Positions 42,155 to 52,673 of a DNA stretch of 64,000 nt are shown piece by piece. Position 1 is the first letter of the stretch. The number at the start of each line of letters is the position of its first letter. The translations under genes and the position numbers were made by a program. The notes under the pieces are model-generated. The model saw nothing but the letters and a program-made list of their open reading frames with translations. It had not been told where the DNA came from and searched no databases. Source of the stretch: a virus; the IMG/VR virus record IMGVR_UViG_3300037510_000343. The stretch is one strand, 5' to 3'.

Positions 42155-44020
42155 TTGTTTCGGACTAAAAAGAAAAAAAGTATATTTAAAACAACACCCC
42201 CGCGACACACTGCCATGCTCAAATATTTTGGTTTCGGACGTACAGAAGTTGCTTGGTACGAGGAATGTCCTCCTGATTACGGTATTGCAGTAGCTATTGG
42301 ATGGTTATCTTTTCGGATTGGAAACTCAGTAGTTTACAATAAACGCTTTAAACTAACGGAGCTTATATTTATTCAAATTAATTATCTTGTGCGAGGTAGA
42401 TATGGGATTATCAAACAAGACTGTTGTGTGACGTATAACAAAAGTACAGGATGGTATATATCTATTCCTTATTTAGATATAAGCCTAACTACCTTAGACT
42501 TTAAGGCTTTACTAATAGCTATTTGCAGAAAACTGAAAGGAGAAACAGTACTAGATGGTTATCGCGATAACCCCACTAATATCTACATAGAAAACGATAC
42601 GTCTATTGACTGGAATTCTCGCATTAAAGACAATGAGTCCACTCCATAGACACGAACACGACTTATTGCCAGTATGGAACAGAGATCATTTACTAATCGC
42701 TGACTTTGAAAATCAAATGATAGCGTGTAATTGGCATAAAGTAAAAACTAGCAATGCACCGGGAGATCCAGGTGGTGCTTGTAAATCTGTTGAATGGCGA
42801 CACAAACAATATTCTGGCATTACAGCTTATTCAATTCACACAGCTTATTTGGGAGAATTAGATAGTGAGCTTACCCACATGATGTCTAGAGATAATTTTA
42901 AGGACTTGTTCACATGAAAAAAATTCTCGTTACTTACTTAACAGATTTAGCCGGTAACTACATTAGTGACCCCGTACTACTTACACGTTGTAGTAAAGAA
43001 CAAGCTAGGCGTACTTTGCGAGAAGCTACTAAGTTAATTAGTCAACACAATGGTAAATTCACCTTTGAGAACGAAACTCTCGTTGTTGACGACGAAGTAG
43101 CTTTAACCATGATTAAGCAAGGTCATTTTTTAGTAGAGGTAAAATCCTATGGAGATCTTTCTTAGATATGGGCTTAACTATCTTCCAGGCATACGGATAA
43201 TGCTGTATTCTTACCTAAAAATTAATCCAGCCAACACAGTACTGTCTACCAACAAACTAGGCATGAAGTATTGGCGTGGTGAAGAAAAACCAGTAGTGAT
43301 TGAAGATTTTGACAGCTTAGATGAGATCAACGAATACGTAAATAAACACTTAGTAAACTAAGGAAACTATGGAACCCACTGAATTTTGTTACTGGCTTCA
43401 GGGATTTTTCGAGTTAAGCGATAGTAGTGAACTAACCCCAAGGCAAATCAACTTAATTCGTCGTCATCTTAATACGGTATTTGTTCACCATATTGATCCA
43501 AGTTATCCTACACAACAACAAGAAGCCCTGAACAAAGCTCACAATCCTCTCACAGATCCATACACTGGAGCAAGATGCTAATGTCATATTCGATATCCAA
43601 GTTAATTCAGGCGGCCTTAAACAAGGGCTATACTTTGCATGTTGTAACTACCGTCACAACTTATACTCCTGACCGATTGCCTAGCCCAAGAGAGATTGGT
43701 AATATACTTGCTTACTCTGTCTCCAAAGATGGGAAGGTTGTTTTAAACTCCTCTAAGCTGGAGGAAATCTGCAAGTTCCTACGTATTCCACTAACCGAGA
43801 TAGAATAATGCCCCACACACAACTCATTTCAGCACGCAAACTCAGAGCCGGTCACAAGTTAGTTAATGAGTACGACCCAACTAAACCAAGTGTAGTTACA
43901 GTGACTGGAGTATTTGTTCAAGAGACTGACAATCGCACTATGTATTCAGTACACATCAAGGAATCCGTGGGGGACTTCATTTTCTCTGGTAGTGATTCTG
44001 TGACAATAGTACTGGACTAA
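42155..44020 (+). other. cluster of small hypothetical CDSs (42155, 42606, 42914, 43149, 43369, 43575, 43808)
   Basis: Overlapping co-oriented ORFs; 43369 has the common phage motif FCYWLQGFFEL. Confidence 0.6.
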
Positions 44021-44127
44021 TAATTTTCCCCTTATTATTTCGGACTCTACTGCGCCGTAGAAGCGGACTCTTACTAAATCCTCCACAGGGTGCGCTACAT
44101 TAAATTTTATGCATACACACAAGATAT

Positions 44128-47100
44128 ATGACTTTGTTATCTACAGACAGTTTGCGGCATTACTTTGACCTACTAAATCCCAAGTACATTTCGTGGGATT
44201 TTTATCAAAAATATCTAGAAATTGAACCTCCATTTGGTCAGTTGGGAGTTATTGTATTTCTCCGGACTTACAGTCGATTTATCCCCGAGCTGAAACGCCG
44301 CGAGAAGTTCGCTGAGACGTGCTTACGGGTCGTAGAGTATAGTTTGTCCCTCGACACAGTGAGTGACTTACAGGCGAAAGTAGCCGAGGCTGAGCAACTG
44401 TTTGATTGTTTGTTCAATCTCAGGGGATTTGCTTCTGGACGTGCGTATTGGATTGCTGGCACTAAGCAAACTGAGAAGTGTGGAAGTGCCACATGGAACT
44501 GTTGCTTCCGTATAATGGACGACATTTCTGCTTTTAGTGAAGTGTTTTACTGGTTATTACTCGGAGCTGGTGTTGGATTCAGTGTGGAAAATAAATACAT
44601 TAGTAAACTACCTAAGTTTTACACCAACAAAGTAATTAACCATTATGACTATGATTTCAACAGTTCCCGTTTTCCACATACAGAGGTTGAGGGAAATAGT
44701 GCACCCCACTTTAATGGTCAAAACTATGTGGCGTTAACAGAAAACTTACTTATTGTTTCGGACGAAGAGTTCCTACGTTATCTTCCTAAAGAAACTCACT
44801 ACTTAATTACGGTTGGAGATAGTAAAGAAGGTTGGTGCAATGCATTGCGAGCACTAATGCATTTGATGACATTACCTAATGTTCAATCGATCACATTTAA
44901 TTACAACAATATCCGTCCCAAGGGTGAACGTATAAAAACTTTTGGTGGTCGTGCTAGCGGTCATGTGAACATCCAGGAAGTACTACAACGTACTTTTGAT
45001 ATCATCTGCGCTAGTGACGGGCGACTTAGTTCTGTTGATGTGTTAGATGAAGTCAACTCAATTGGCGTTGGTGTAGTGTCTGGCGGGGTGAGGCGTACTG
45101 CTGAAATTGGATTAGGTGATGTAGACGATGCGGAATACATCGATGCGAAGTTGAATTTGTGGACTGACCCTGCAAAAGCTAAGTATCGCAGTATTCGGGT
45201 TATGTCGAATAACTCAGTCGTGCCATACGAGAAGTTAAGTCTGTCCGAAATACAAAACTTGGTTGAGCGCATCAAGACAAATGGTGAGCCGGGGTTTTGG
45301 ATTCTTGGTAACGCACAGAAACACGACCCAAATATCAAAGGCACCAACCCTTGCTTCCGAGGAGATATGAAATTACTTACGGTAGAAGGATATAAAACCT
45401 TTGAAGAACTCAACGGAACAGAGCCTTTGATTGTTAACGCTTTTGGGGAAGTTTCTCAATCGAAGGTCTGGTGTTCTGGAGAAAAAGATATTGTAAAGCT
45501 AACTCTAACTACTCCCAAACCAATTTACTGTACTGCTGACCATGTATTTTTAACAGACAATGGTGAATTTCCTGCTGAGCAATGTAAAGGAAAGCGTCTA
45601 ATTCCTTATTTAAAAGCACCTAATCACAACGTACATGAGCGTATTCTTGGATTTATTCAAGGGGATGGACAACTATCTGAAACAAATTTTACTAAAGGTT
45701 GTCTAGGTGTAGTTGTAAATTTAGGCAAGAAAGATACCGATATTTTGAACCTACTGGAGCAGTACGGTTATGAATATACTTGGCACGGCGATCGAAGAGT
45801 TTATGTGCATGGATTCACCTCAGATATTTTTAAGAAAGAGTTTGATTTGGTTCCGTTGCCCTATCGCAAGTTACCTAACATGTACAGAGATTGGGATAAA
45901 TCCGATAAAGCCGCATTTTTAAATGGGTTATATTCTGCTAACGGGTCAGTGATAGCTAGTGGTCGAATTACATTTAAAACGACTTCTTTTGCGTTGGTGC
46001 CACAATTAATAGACACTTTAAATACGGATTTTGGTATAGAAGCCTACTACACTACTAACAAACCTAGAGCTGTAGAATTCACTAATGGTATTTACCAGTG
46101 CCGAGAAAGCTACGATGTAAATATTCAACAGTACGCGCATCGCTGCACTTTCTTTAATGAGATAGGCTTTTCTATTCAGTATAAAGAAGAGACACTAGCT
46201 AAGTGTCTACTAGACTCTGCCCCTTTAGTTAGAAGCATAAAATCGGCAGGTGTTGCTAAAGTTTATGATTTTGCAGAGCCTTTAGAACACTGGGGAGTAG
46301 TCGAAGGTATTGTGACGCATAATTGTGGGGAGGCTAGTTTGGATTCCCGGCAATCGTGCAACTTGGTCACGCAAAACCTAGCTGCTCACGTTATCAACAA
46401 ACAGCTAGATCATCAATTACTAGAACGCACGTTAAAGCTGATTACACGAGTAGCTTGTCGTCAAACTACAGCTACACAATGGCATCCGGATTGGGATTTA
46501 GTACAAAAACGAGATCGTCTCATCGGTGTCTCAATGACAGGTGTCGAAGATGCTTTTGATGTTCTGAATTGGGACGAGCAAATGATCGAGGATTTCTACA
46601 ATTGGGCAGCAGACATTGTGCGAGATGAAGCTGACAAGTACAACGCACATTTAGGTATTGAACGCTCAAAACGAGTTACTCTTGTGAAGCCAGAGGGGAC
46701 ACTTTCACAACTACCTACCGTATCAAGTGGTATTGGCAAAGCATATGCACCATACTATTTGCGGCGGGTAAGATTTTCTAGTTTAGATCCGCTTGCTGTA
46801 GCTTTAGAAAAGTTAGGCGTACCTGTAGTTCCGGAGAATGAACAAGGTGATAATTTATTTGATGAGAAATGTAATACTTGGGTATTTACTTTTCCGATTA
46901 AAACGAATGCCAAAATTCGTGCAATTGATGAACCCGTAGAATCTCAGTTTGAGCGGTACGTCCGAATACAAAATAGCTATGTGAGGGAAGGCTACAACGC
47001 CAGTAACACAATTACGGTGTCCCCAGACGAATGGGATAAAGTGCCGCAACTCATTTACAATAACTGGGACAAGATAATTGGGGTGACTTTTTTACCTCGT

Positions 47101-47304
47101 TTTGATCCTCGCGAGGGAGGTAAAGCGGCTTATCCAAACATGCCTTATGAGCCTTGTGAGCAACATGAGTACGAGGAGTTATTCGCGGATTTACCTAAGC
47201 TTAGTGAAAATGAGCTAATTCAATTAGTCGCACAATACGAACACGTAGAAGAAGAACAATCGTTAGAAGATAGTTGTTCGACAGGTATGTGCCCCGTGCG
47301 TTGA
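44128..47304 (+). CDS. nrdJ: class II (adenosylcobalamin-dependent) ribonucleotide reductase with intein
   Basis: RTYSR, GAGVGF, FGGRASG, VVSGGVRRTA, TNP|CGE active site, CNL, VKPEGTLS, C-terminal CSTGMCPVR. Confidence 0.93.
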   Translation: MTLLSTDSLRHYFDLLNPKYISWDFYQKYLEIEPPFGQLGVIVFLRTYSRFIPELKRREKFAETCLRVVEYSLSLDTVSDLQAKVAEAEQLFDCLFNLRGFASGRAYWIAGTKQTEKCGSATWNCCFRIMDDISAFSEVFYWLLLGAGVGFSVENKYISKLPKFYTNKVINHYDYDFNSSRFPHTEVEGNSAPHFNGQNYVALTENLLIVSDEEFLRYLPKETHYLITVGDSKEGWCNALRALMHLMTLPNVQSITFNYNNIRPKGERIKTFGGRASGHVNIQEVLQRTFDIICASDGRLSSVDVLDEVNSIGVGVVSGGVRRTAEIGLGDVDDAEYIDAKLNLWTDPAKAKYRSIRVMSNNSVVPYEKLSLSEIQNLVERIKTNGEPGFWILGNAQKHDPNIKGTNPCFRGDMKLLTVEGYKTFEELNGTEPLIVNAFGEVSQSKVWCSGEKDIVKLTLTTPKPIYCTADHVFLTDNGEFPAEQCKGKRLIPYLKAPNHNVHERILGFIQGDGQLSETNFTKGCLGVVVNLGKKDTDILNLLEQYGYEYTWHGDRRVYVHGFTSDIFKKEFDLVPLPYRKLPNMYRDWDKSDKAAFLNGLYSANGSVIASGRITFKTTSFALVPQLIDTLNTDFGIEAYYTTNKPRAVEFTNGIYQCRESYDVNIQQYAHRCTFFNEIGFSIQYKEETLAKCLLDSAPLVRSIKSAGVAKVYDFAEPLEHWGVVEGIVTHNCGEASLDSRQSCNLVTQNLAAHVINKQLDHQLLERTLKLITRVACRQTTATQWHPDWDLVQKRDRLIGVSMTGVEDAFDVLNWDEQMIEDFYNWAADIVRDEADKYNAHLGIERSKRVTLVKPEGTLSQLPTVSSGIGKAYAPYYLRRVRFSSLDPLAVALEKLGVPVVPENEQGDNLFDEKCNTWVFTFPIKTNAKIRAIDEPVESQFERYVRIQNSYVREGYNASNTITVSPDEWDKVPQLIYNNWDKIIGVTFLPRFDPREGGKAAYPNMPYEPCEQHEYEELFADLPKLSENELIQLVAQYEHVEEEQSLEDSCSTGMCPVR
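45352..46323 (+). mobile_element. intein with LAGLIDADG homing endonuclease
   Basis: Starts CFRGD after TNP and ends VTHN before CGE; block B CTADHVF; LGFIQGDG and FLNGLYSANG motifs; 324 codons. Confidence 0.92.
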
Positions 47305-47308
47305 GACA

Positions 47309-47349
47309 GTTTAAGCTACTTAAGTATTAACTATTTAAGTAGCTTAAAC
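47309..47349. terminator. 15-bp perfect inverted repeat after nrdJ
   Basis: GTTTAAGCTACTTAA...TTAAGTAGCTTAAAC. Confidence 0.55.
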
Positions 47350-47491
47350 ACTACTTTCTTGATATGTCTAAATTGATTACTAAGCAAACACTACAGTTAG
47401 GTAAGTTGGAAGTTGAACTAAAAACAGCTTCTACAAACACTAAGAGAATTAAACGCTTAATACGTTTAATCAAAGAAGAGGAATCTGAATA

Positions 47492-47851
47492 ATGCTTATA
47501 TCTGAAGCATTTAATAAACTTGATACTAACTCTTTTGTTGAATTAATAAATAAAGTACTTAGTGAAAATACTTGGTTACAGGCATCTCAGATAGATGATT
47601 TGGTTGTATTTAAATTAGCTAAATTATGGAGTAACAACAATGTGACAGAATACCCTTGTTCTAGTAACGTTTATTGTTATACCAACAATAACTATACTAG
47701 TGTGACTAGAATTTTCCATAACAAAGAAGAAGCTGAAATATATTTACAAGATGCTACTACTGAGTTAACTAAATTTGGTTATGGCTTAGTAAATAGCAAA
47801 ATAGATACCATCAATAAAAAGTTTGTGGTTAGCTACACAGTAGTTGAATAA
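47492..47851 (+). CDS. hypothetical protein
   Basis: ORF abutting the next gene. Confidence 0.55.
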   Translation: MLISEAFNKLDTNSFVELINKVLSENTWLQASQIDDLVVFKLAKLWSNNNVTEYPCSSNVYCYTNNNYTSVTRIFHNKEEAEIYLQDATTELTKFGYGLVNSKIDTINKKFVVSYTVVE

Positions 47852-48547
47852 ATGAGACTAACTAAAACAAGAACCCGCACAGGTAATAGCGGCTTTACCG
47901 AGTTAATTAAAGGACATCGTATTCCCAAAAGTGACAGTATTTGTTTCATTAATAATGAAATACAAAAAGCCGCCGTATTAATACAGTTTTATATTCACGA
48001 TTACAAACACTTATTAGATGCAAAAGACCTAGAATTACTAAGTACGTTAGTTAACCCAGAATCCAACAAATTAATAGGTAGTCTGTGGGCAAAATTAGAG
48101 CTTAGTCAATTAGTCCCGGACAATAACTTAATTATTGAATTCGAGGAAAGACTGTCCGAAATAAATAGTCAGTTCAAGTCGGCCCAGGAATTTGTAGTAT
48201 TCAAGTCAATCGCGGCGCTCGAATTCTACTACATCACACTATTCTTCCGTAATATTGAGCATTTTGTTTGGGTGGTTGTGCATCGCTTTTACTCGTTTAC
48301 CCCCGAGAATTACACCGACGAAGTTAATATCACGGGTAGCTTCTATAACTTACTTGGGGATTACTTATTCAATTTGACTCGTTTGATTGAGAAAAAAATG
48401 ACCTCAACAGAAGAGTATTGGCAGAATCCACTTGCACCACCCGAAACCTCACTAATTATTTCGGACGACACTACTCTGTCTAATCTTGACTCAGCTATAA
48501 TTAACTCAGCAGATAGCAAGGACAGTGAAGATGAGTGCAACCAGTGA
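47852..48547 (+). CDS. PduO-type ATP:cob(I)alamin adenosyltransferase-like protein (divergent)
   Basis: N-terminal TRTGNSGFTELIKGHRIPKSD matches the PduO TRTGD.G.T.L..G.RV.K.D motif; also R.IEH (cf. RRAER) and YNLLGDYLFNLTR (cf. YLNRLSDLLF..AR). Confidence 0.7.
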   Translation: MRLTKTRTRTGNSGFTELIKGHRIPKSDSICFINNEIQKAAVLIQFYIHDYKHLLDAKDLELLSTLVNPESNKLIGSLWAKLELSQLVPDNNLIIEFEERLSEINSQFKSAQEFVVFKSIAALEFYYITLFFRNIEHFVWVVVHRFYSFTPENYTDEVNITGSFYNLLGDYLFNLTRLIEKKMTSTEEYWQNPLAPPETSLIISDDTTLSNLDSAIINSADSKDSEDECNQ

Positions 48548-49064
48548 TTTATTAATAGCATTGAGTCGTTTACTTGTCGAGGCTGAAGCTGTTGCTACTC
48601 TGCGATTACAAAAGATTTTATCTGAATCACCTTTCAATTTAAAGGAAGTCCCGAATATGTCTCTAAGCGACACAATTACTTTGCTCGAACAACTTGTTGC
48701 CAAAGTCAACGAAGAAGAAGTCAAGGAAGACGCAGAAGCAAAACGCCAAGCCGAAGACCTACAGCGTCAAATTACTGAGCTACAATCCAAAGCTGTGACT
48801 GACCAGGACATGGCACGTCTCGATGCACTCAAGGATCAACTAGAATCTTTGCTCCCTAAGCAAGATACCCAACCTTCAGATACCCCAGACGTTCCTCCTG
48901 TCGATCAACCTGTGACACCTGCTCCAGGCAGTGAGGTCACTCCTGGTGAACCAGTGCCAGCGCCAGTACCCCCTGTCACGCCGAATCCTGAAATCCCGGC
49001 TGTACCTGGCAATCCGATTGAGCCTCCTCTGACACCTTCTGAGCCAGTGATTGTCGAGGAATAA
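48525..49064 (+). CDS. coiled-coil plus Pro-rich disordered protein (likely start ATG 48657)
   Basis: AAGGA RBS before MSLSD; PV/PE-rich tail. Confidence 0.55.
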   Translation: MKMSATSDLLIALSRLLVEAEAVATLRLQKILSESPFNLKEVPNMSLSDTITLLEQLVAKVNEEEVKEDAEAKRQAEDLQRQITELQSKAVTDQDMARLDALKDQLESLLPKQDTQPSDTPDVPPVDQPVTPAPGSEVTPGEPVPAPVPPVTPNPEIPAVPGNPIEPPLTPSEPVIVEE

Positions 49065-49094
49065 TTCTCTGTAGTTTGCTGTCCGAATAATCAA

Positions 49095-49125
49095 GTAGCC
49101 CTGGAGTAATCTGGGGCTACATTTT
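49095..49125 (+). terminator. intrinsic terminator
   Basis: GTAGCCCTGG...CTGGGGCTAC followed by ATTTT. Confidence 0.6.
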
Positions 49126-49140
49126 GCGTAGGTATAAGTA

Positions 49141-49605
49141 GTGTACGATCAGAAAGCAGGCATAGCTATACAAGATTTGCGTGAGTTAATATCTCGTCAA
49201 CCTTACTTAAGCGAGATGAAAAATCCCCAACAACAGTTGATTGCATTGTTGGGATTAGTAGAAGAAGCTAATGAGGTAGCAACTGAGATACTTAATAACT
49301 TGGATATCTTTGCTACAGATACTACAGGTAATAAAGTAGCTGAAGAACTGCAAAGTACTATTGAGGTTAGTCTATCTATTGGTAAAGAGTTAGGGACTTA
49401 CAAGAAAAGGTTACTAAAAGAAGACTTACATATCGATGTACAAAGCAAGAATAATCCTTGGTACGAAGTTACTCAAGTAAGTGAGGAATGTTTTGATGTA
49501 CTGTATTACTGGTTATTGATATTAAGTAGTAACGATATTAACTTACTTACGTTATTAGAGTTAGGAATTAATAAGGTTAAAAGAAAAGACCCTAATGTAC
49601 GGTAA
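49141..49605 (+). CDS. MazG-like NTP pyrophosphohydrolase
   Basis: LGLVEEANEV and EECFDVLYY (EExxE ... ExxD) motifs. Confidence 0.65.
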   Translation: MYDQKAGIAIQDLRELISRQPYLSEMKNPQQQLIALLGLVEEANEVATEILNNLDIFATDTTGNKVAEELQSTIEVSLSIGKELGTYKKRLLKEDLHIDVQSKNNPWYEVTQVSEECFDVLYYWLLILSSNDINLLTLLELGINKVKRKDPNVR

Positions 49606-49806
49606 TGCCCCACAAATTAGACCCCATATTAAAAGGGTTACTACGTGTATATATTGAACTAATACAAGCTGAGCAAAAACGTGACTTAAGTTTACTCGAA
49701 GAAGAGAACTTAAATTTAATTCGTAGACGTGCTAAACGTGATTACGAATTAAGGGTGTTATTAAAAGCAGCAGATAAAGCAATTAGTTACACACTAGAGG
49801 AAGATC

Positions 49807-50523
49807 ATGATTGAAGTTGAACTAAAAGCATTAGTTAATAATCACAACAAAGAAGCGCTTCTTAATGCGTTAAACAAGGACTACACTTTCGAGTCTAAGG
49901 AAATTCAGTTAAACCATTACTTTGAGTTTCAATATAGTGAGGCCTTGATTCATCTCCGACACGCATTAACGCCGTATCTTTCTCAAGAGATGGATAAGCA
50001 ATTAGAAACCGCATTATTGTCTGATAACTTGAGCATCCGCACAAGGCAGATTAATACTGATAAGGTTTTATTCATTGTTAAGTATTCTATTGAAGACAAT
50101 AACTCTGCTAATGGTAATGTAAGAAAAGAATTAGAAGTAGAGATAGATACTGACCTTTACACATTAGATAACTTACTACTAAGTAGTGGTCTTACTTACG
50201 CCAGTAAATGGTCACGCGAGCGAGAGATTTATCGCAACTACACTAATAGCTTTAATCACTTAGTATGTGTAGATACTAATGCGGGTTATGGACAATTAGT
50301 TGAAGTAGAAACTATGGTGAGTAAACCCGAAGAAGTCCCGCCAAATAAGGAGTTACTGTATAAGGTATTAGATTACTTAGGGTTAGACGAATTAGATAGT
50401 GTACTACTTAACGAGATGTTTAAGTTTTACGAAAACAACTGGGAAAAGTTCTATGGCACTAACAAACTAATCTGGGATGACCCGCAATTTATTAACAGGT
50501 TAATCGAACTGGCCACTAACTAG
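49807..50523 (+). CDS. CYTH (triphosphate tunnel) domain protein
   Basis: N-terminal EVELK, QLNHYF, SIRTR, RKELEV, KWSRERE.Y, VEVE. Confidence 0.8.
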   Translation: MIEVELKALVNNHNKEALLNALNKDYTFESKEIQLNHYFEFQYSEALIHLRHALTPYLSQEMDKQLETALLSDNLSIRTRQINTDKVLFIVKYSIEDNNSANGNVRKELEVEIDTDLYTLDNLLLSSGLTYASKWSREREIYRNYTNSFNHLVCVDTNAGYGQLVEVETMVSKPEEVPPNKELLYKVLDYLGLDELDSVLLNEMFKFYENNWEKFYGTNKLIWDDPQFINRLIELATN

Positions 50524-50546
50524 TAAGAAAAGTAATTGGTAATGGA

Positions 50547-50585
50547 GTCCGAAATAATAAGCCCCCTATTTATTTCGGACTCTTT
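50547..50585. repeat. inverted pair of the dispersed motif with U-tract (terminator-like)
   Basis: GTCCGAAATAATAAG-CCCC-CTATTTATTTCGGAC followed by TCTTTTT. Confidence 0.9.
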
Positions 50586-50691
50586 TTGGTATTTACTGAG
50601 TCTTTATTGATACTAATAAAAACATTTTCCCACGGATGTCAACAGGTAAGTAATTACCTATATTGAAAGTACATTCACTCAACACAAACCA

Positions 50692-51405
50692 ATGTTAGAA
50701 ATACAGAACAAAGACGGAGTATTACTTGTGGATTCACGACTAGTAGCCGAGGCTCTTGGTATTCAACATGAGTCTTTAATGAGAACTATTCAAAATTACG
50801 AGACAGAGATAAGCTTTGCATTTGGACACCTCCGATTTCAAATCGGAACTGTCAAAAACACGGCTGGAGCAGTTAATGAGCATAAGTATTGTTTCTTAAC
50901 AGAAGACCAAACAATCTTTTTAATGACTTTGAGTCGCAATACAGAGCAAGTGGTACAAGCTAAACTTAATCTAGTTAAGGCGTTTTCTACAGCTAAAGAA
51001 GCACTAAAAACTCAACAGACAGATCTGAACACTATGTTTGCTCTCATGCAAGAAATGCATCAGAAAATGCAACAGCAAGAACAGAACATGTACGTACTAA
51101 CAGAGCGCACCCAACGTCTCGATCGTGTCGAGCAAGATCTCGCTCAAATCGAAGAAGCTAGTGTTGAGCATCCTGGTTGTGCTGGTGTATTGTTTGACGA
51201 TGATGATAGTGTCGAAATGACTGCTAGTGAGTTTGTTGAGCTTAAAGGAATTGATACTCGTCACACGCACACCCTAAGTAAACGGGCGGCTCAATTCCAA
51301 AGGGTGGGGAAAGGTAAAGGCCCTGCTCAGAAGCGTAATGGTAAAGTCTTACTTGAAGTAAGATATCTCAAGCAAGCCGCTAAATCTGTGTTGAACTTAG
51401 ATTGA
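50692..51405 (+). CDS. Rha family regulatory protein
   Basis: LVDSRLVAEALGIQH, FLTEDQTIFLMTLSRNT; paralogue of 37850. Confidence 0.85.
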   Translation: MLEIQNKDGVLLVDSRLVAEALGIQHESLMRTIQNYETEISFAFGHLRFQIGTVKNTAGAVNEHKYCFLTEDQTIFLMTLSRNTEQVVQAKLNLVKAFSTAKEALKTQQTDLNTMFALMQEMHQKMQQQEQNMYVLTERTQRLDRVEQDLAQIEEASVEHPGCAGVLFDDDDSVEMTASEFVELKGIDTRHTHTLSKRAAQFQRVGKGKGPAQKRNGKVLLEVRYLKQAAKSVLNLD

Positions 51406-51560
51406 CATGCTAAAGGATTTTAGATTCGATGGTATTCTTATTCAAGAGCCAAAGTATAGATACATAGGCTATGAGAAACTTTGGTATGACGGTTATTATC
51501 ATAGTTTTGGTCTTTACTTAATATCTATACACTGGCATTACAAAGGTCATTATAAATAGA

Positions 51561-51814
51561 TTATTTTCTAGCGCCTCGCACTACCAAGAACTTAGTCGGC
51601 ACATTACTGTGAATTACAGCTAATAATCTATGTGCGCCATTAAATAACTTATTATCTTAAAGCAGCGCCTAATCCCCATTCATTGTTAAGTATTCTATCG
51701 GAGTACTTAGTTACTCTATCTAAATCTGGGATTCTATTGTGAGCTTGTTCATCTAAATATTGTTGTGCTAATTCAGGAGTAATTAGTTCAACACTTAATG
51801 TTGGTTTTTTACAT
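51561..51814 (-). pseudogene. frameshifted ParB-N-like domain gene (not in the ORF track)
   Basis: Minus strand reads VELITPELAQQYLDEQAHNR...VTKYSDRILNNEWG, then after a frameshift DNKLFNGAHRLLAVIHSNVPTKFLVVRG (cf. DGQHRL..V...VVRG). Confidence 0.65.
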
Positions 51815-52289
51815 ATTAAATAAGATGTTTATTAAAGATAGATACCGTAAAGATGCTTTCAAGTTACAGTATCAAATAGATGAGAAATTGTCCCCGCTAT
51901 TTAATGATTATATTAGACGGGGTTATTCAATACGAGAAATAAGCCATTTAATTTTATTGACTGTATTTGAGCTAGAACTAGATAACGTAATGGAGTATAG
52001 CAACTTTAATGATTTCCGCGAAGATTACTACGCTTATTTAGAACAAGAAAAATCCCACTTACAAACTACCTTATTATTTCGGACTCTTATTGGCTTAACT
52101 ATCGGTTTATTTTTAGGCATATTAAGTGGTGTAATACTTTAATAAACTAATGCGAGTTAAAGCAGAAGAAATAAAAGTAGGTAGTACTGTATTACATCCT
52201 GAACTAAGTTACTACGGTAAGGTTACTTATGTGCTTGTGAAAGGTAATGAAGTGTCTATTGGTTTAGCTACAGGATACTACAATCAAGT

Positions 52290-52673
52290 TTGTGCGTTTG
52301 TTGTAAACAAAGAAACATTATTAGAGGTATCAAAATGAATCAAGAACAGTTTCTACAGTTCCACCGCGAAACAGTAGATAAGATGCACGAGATTTGTCGT
52401 GCTAAAAACTCCGATTATTGTGGAGGTAAGAGTAACAATAATGCCTTTGCTAATTTCGAGCTAATTGAAGTATTTGGTGTAACTACTACAGAGGTGGGTT
52501 TATTTACTCGGTTATTAGACAAAATGTCCCGCATTGCTAGTTATCTTAAGCAAGGTAGTTTACAAGTAGTAAATGAATCAGTAATTGATACGTTATTAGA
52601 CGCTGCTAATTACTGTATTTTGTTAGCCGCTTATTTGCAATCTAAGAAAGAGTCCGAAAATAATAGAGGATGA
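52290..52673 (+). CDS. DUF1599 / nucleotide-modification-associated all-alpha NTP-PPase-like protein (likely start ATG 52335)
   Basis: KNSDY.G...AFANF, RLLDKMSRI, ESVIDTLLDAANYCIL. Confidence 0.7.
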   Translation: MCVCCKQRNIIRGIKMNQEQFLQFHRETVDKMHEICRAKNSDYCGGKSNNNAFANFELIEVFGVTTTEVGLFTRLLDKMSRIASYLKQGSLQVVNESVIDTLLDAANYCILLAAYLQSKKESENNRG

